From contig NW_026889783.1 of the NCBI RefSeq assembly GCF_033153115.1, positions 1,922,001 to 1,986,000 on the forward strand: 64,000 nt of DNA. The letters are read 5' to 3'. Below are positions 62,587-64,000 of this stretch, piece after piece; position 1 is the first letter of the stretch; each line of letters starts with the position of its first letter. Under the pieces are notes generated by a model. It ran no database searches. It worked only from the letters and a program-made list of their open reading frames with translations, and had not been told where the DNA came from. Origin of the DNA: Saccostrea echinata (Eukaryota). A program made the translations under genes and the position numbers.

Positions 62587-63986
62587 TCATTTGATGTGGG
62601 GTTCCTGAGGGAATTTCCATACAAGGATAGCACCATCAGCACTAACACTGACGATGTACCTCTGGTTAGGACAGATCTTGGCCTTCTTAATGGGGGCACT
62701 GTGACCGATTCCAACAAATATCACCTCTCCATCCTCATAAGTCCAAACCTGCAAATGTACTTACAAATACAATGCTGTCTTTACAAAATACACCAATATA
62801 AAATCTAGCCCCGGGGCCATAAAACTTAGTCGAGCTCACTTTCAATCTCATGCAGTCTCACTTTACCACTATATGGTGAAAGTGAGAACGAGATCAAAAG
62901 TTTTATGGCCCCGGAGCCTGATCAATATTATGAGAATATGATATTCTCATAATATTGATCAGGCTCCTGGGCCATAAAAAAGATATTATCTTCTATTGAC
63001 TGACAATTTACCTTCACTTAATACAAAGAATTTTGCAAAAAGTGTGTGGTATATCTTACCTTTAGAAGTTTGTCATCACCTCCAGTGACGAAATAGTTCT
63101 GATCTGGTGAAACATCCATGGCATTGATAGAGCCACTCTTGGATCCCTCAAGCTCTCGAATTCCCTTGCCATCACAGCATTCCCAGTATCCTATTTTCCT
63201 GTCTGTACCTCCAGTGATAATCTGACATTCCTTAGCCCCATAACAAACGGCCTGGAATAGGGTGTTGGAAAACACAATCTGGCTCCTCTTTCTACGCCTG
63301 TGTAACATAAATGTAAATATTATGAGTGTAGATATTGGAAAAGCAACAAAAATGGACAAATTTAGTATCAGAAACAGATACATGTACATACTCTAAATCC
63401 CAAATAATGCATGTCCCATCAGTGCTGGCAGATGCACATTCCTTATCATTCCTCGTAATTTTGATGTCAGACACACGTCCCTTATGCTCCATCATGGTTT
63501 CTACCAGTGAGACAATGTCTTTTCCTTTTGGATCCCAACTTTTGGAGATTTTCCAGATTCTGACCTGGCCCTCTCCGCCTCCACTAACAATTCCAAGGCC
63601 ATCAGATGTACAAGCCAGGGCTGTCACCCCTTTACTGTGAGCCTCCTCAATCAAAAATTTCTCAACAAGGGAAGTGCTTTTGTCTTTAGATGAAAATCCA
63701 TACCCTCTGATTTTTCCATCATCCCAAGCTATATAGAGAACAATCAAAACCCCACTCTAAATCATTGCTGAAACATTTATCACTGCTAGTGATACTAGTA
63801 TTTTAATGAATCATCACTGTAGAGTTCGCTTATTTACCTGAAATGATGGTTTTTCCATCCCTAGTAATGTCAACAGCATTGCAGGTCATGTTCTTCACAA
63901 CTTGTCTGCGTATCTCTTTCTTCAGCTTCAGCTGCCAAATTCTGATTTCTTCATACTGAGAGGTAACAATTAGCTCCCCTGTCCCA
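62587..63986 (-). CDS. CFAP52: Cilia- and flagella-associated protein 52 (WDR16), last four exons; gene continues off the right edge
   Basis: Exons 63986-63838, 63728-63392, 63297-63060 and 62748-62587. WD40 motifs DGKTIISAWDDGKIR, VSGGGEGQVRIW, SASTDGTCIIWDL, NTLFQAVCY, GTDRKIGYWE, RELEGSKSGSINAMD and VSVSADGAILVWKFP match CFAP52. Confidence 0.95.
62806..62979. mobile_element. Small MITE plus a fold-back duplication of its right end, in the last CFAP52 intron
   Basis: TIRs CCGGGGCCATAAAACT (62811) and AGTTTTATGGCCCCGG (about 62899). Palindrome 62901-62979 has 39-bp arms, 1 mismatch and a 1-nt centre. Confidence 0.8.
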
Positions 63987-64000
63987 CTGTTATAAAAAAA

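Overview
This window is AT-rich, intron-containing animal DNA, most likely from a bivalve such as an oyster (inferred from Cg170-like satellite/Helentron-type repeats and tRNA-SINEs). It is not prokaryotic and has no CRISPR array. I reconstructed seven spliced protein-coding genes by hand from GT-AG junctions and reading phase. In order they are: the 5' part of a secreted or membrane mucin-EGF protein (-), AIMP2 (-), a 23-exon BPTF/NURF301 of about 2626 aa (+), PIGX (-), CHMP6/VPS20 (+), ATG12 (+, almost absent from the ORF track) and the 3' end of CFAP52/WDR16 (-). Introns and spacers hold a decayed LINE, a mariner relic, a Penelope-like fragment, many MITEs, Helentron-type satellite carriers and an assembly gap. 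The most unusual observations are: (1) a 21-copy 54-bp array built from the end of BPTF exon 9 plus its splice donor, where the repeat junction itself creates the GTAAG donor; (2) an inverted, decayed exon-plus-intron copy of BPTF 2.4 kb upstream of its own start; (3) a 50-bp satellite carrying Pol III B-box-like motifs between the converging BPTF and PIGX 3' ends; (4) ultra-minimal pure-hairpin insertions with target-site duplications; (5) a three-level transposon nest in AIMP2 intron 1; and (6) a symmetric BPTF exon whose skipping would fuse two PHD fingers into one. All gene names rest on recalled motif similarity; no database search was run.
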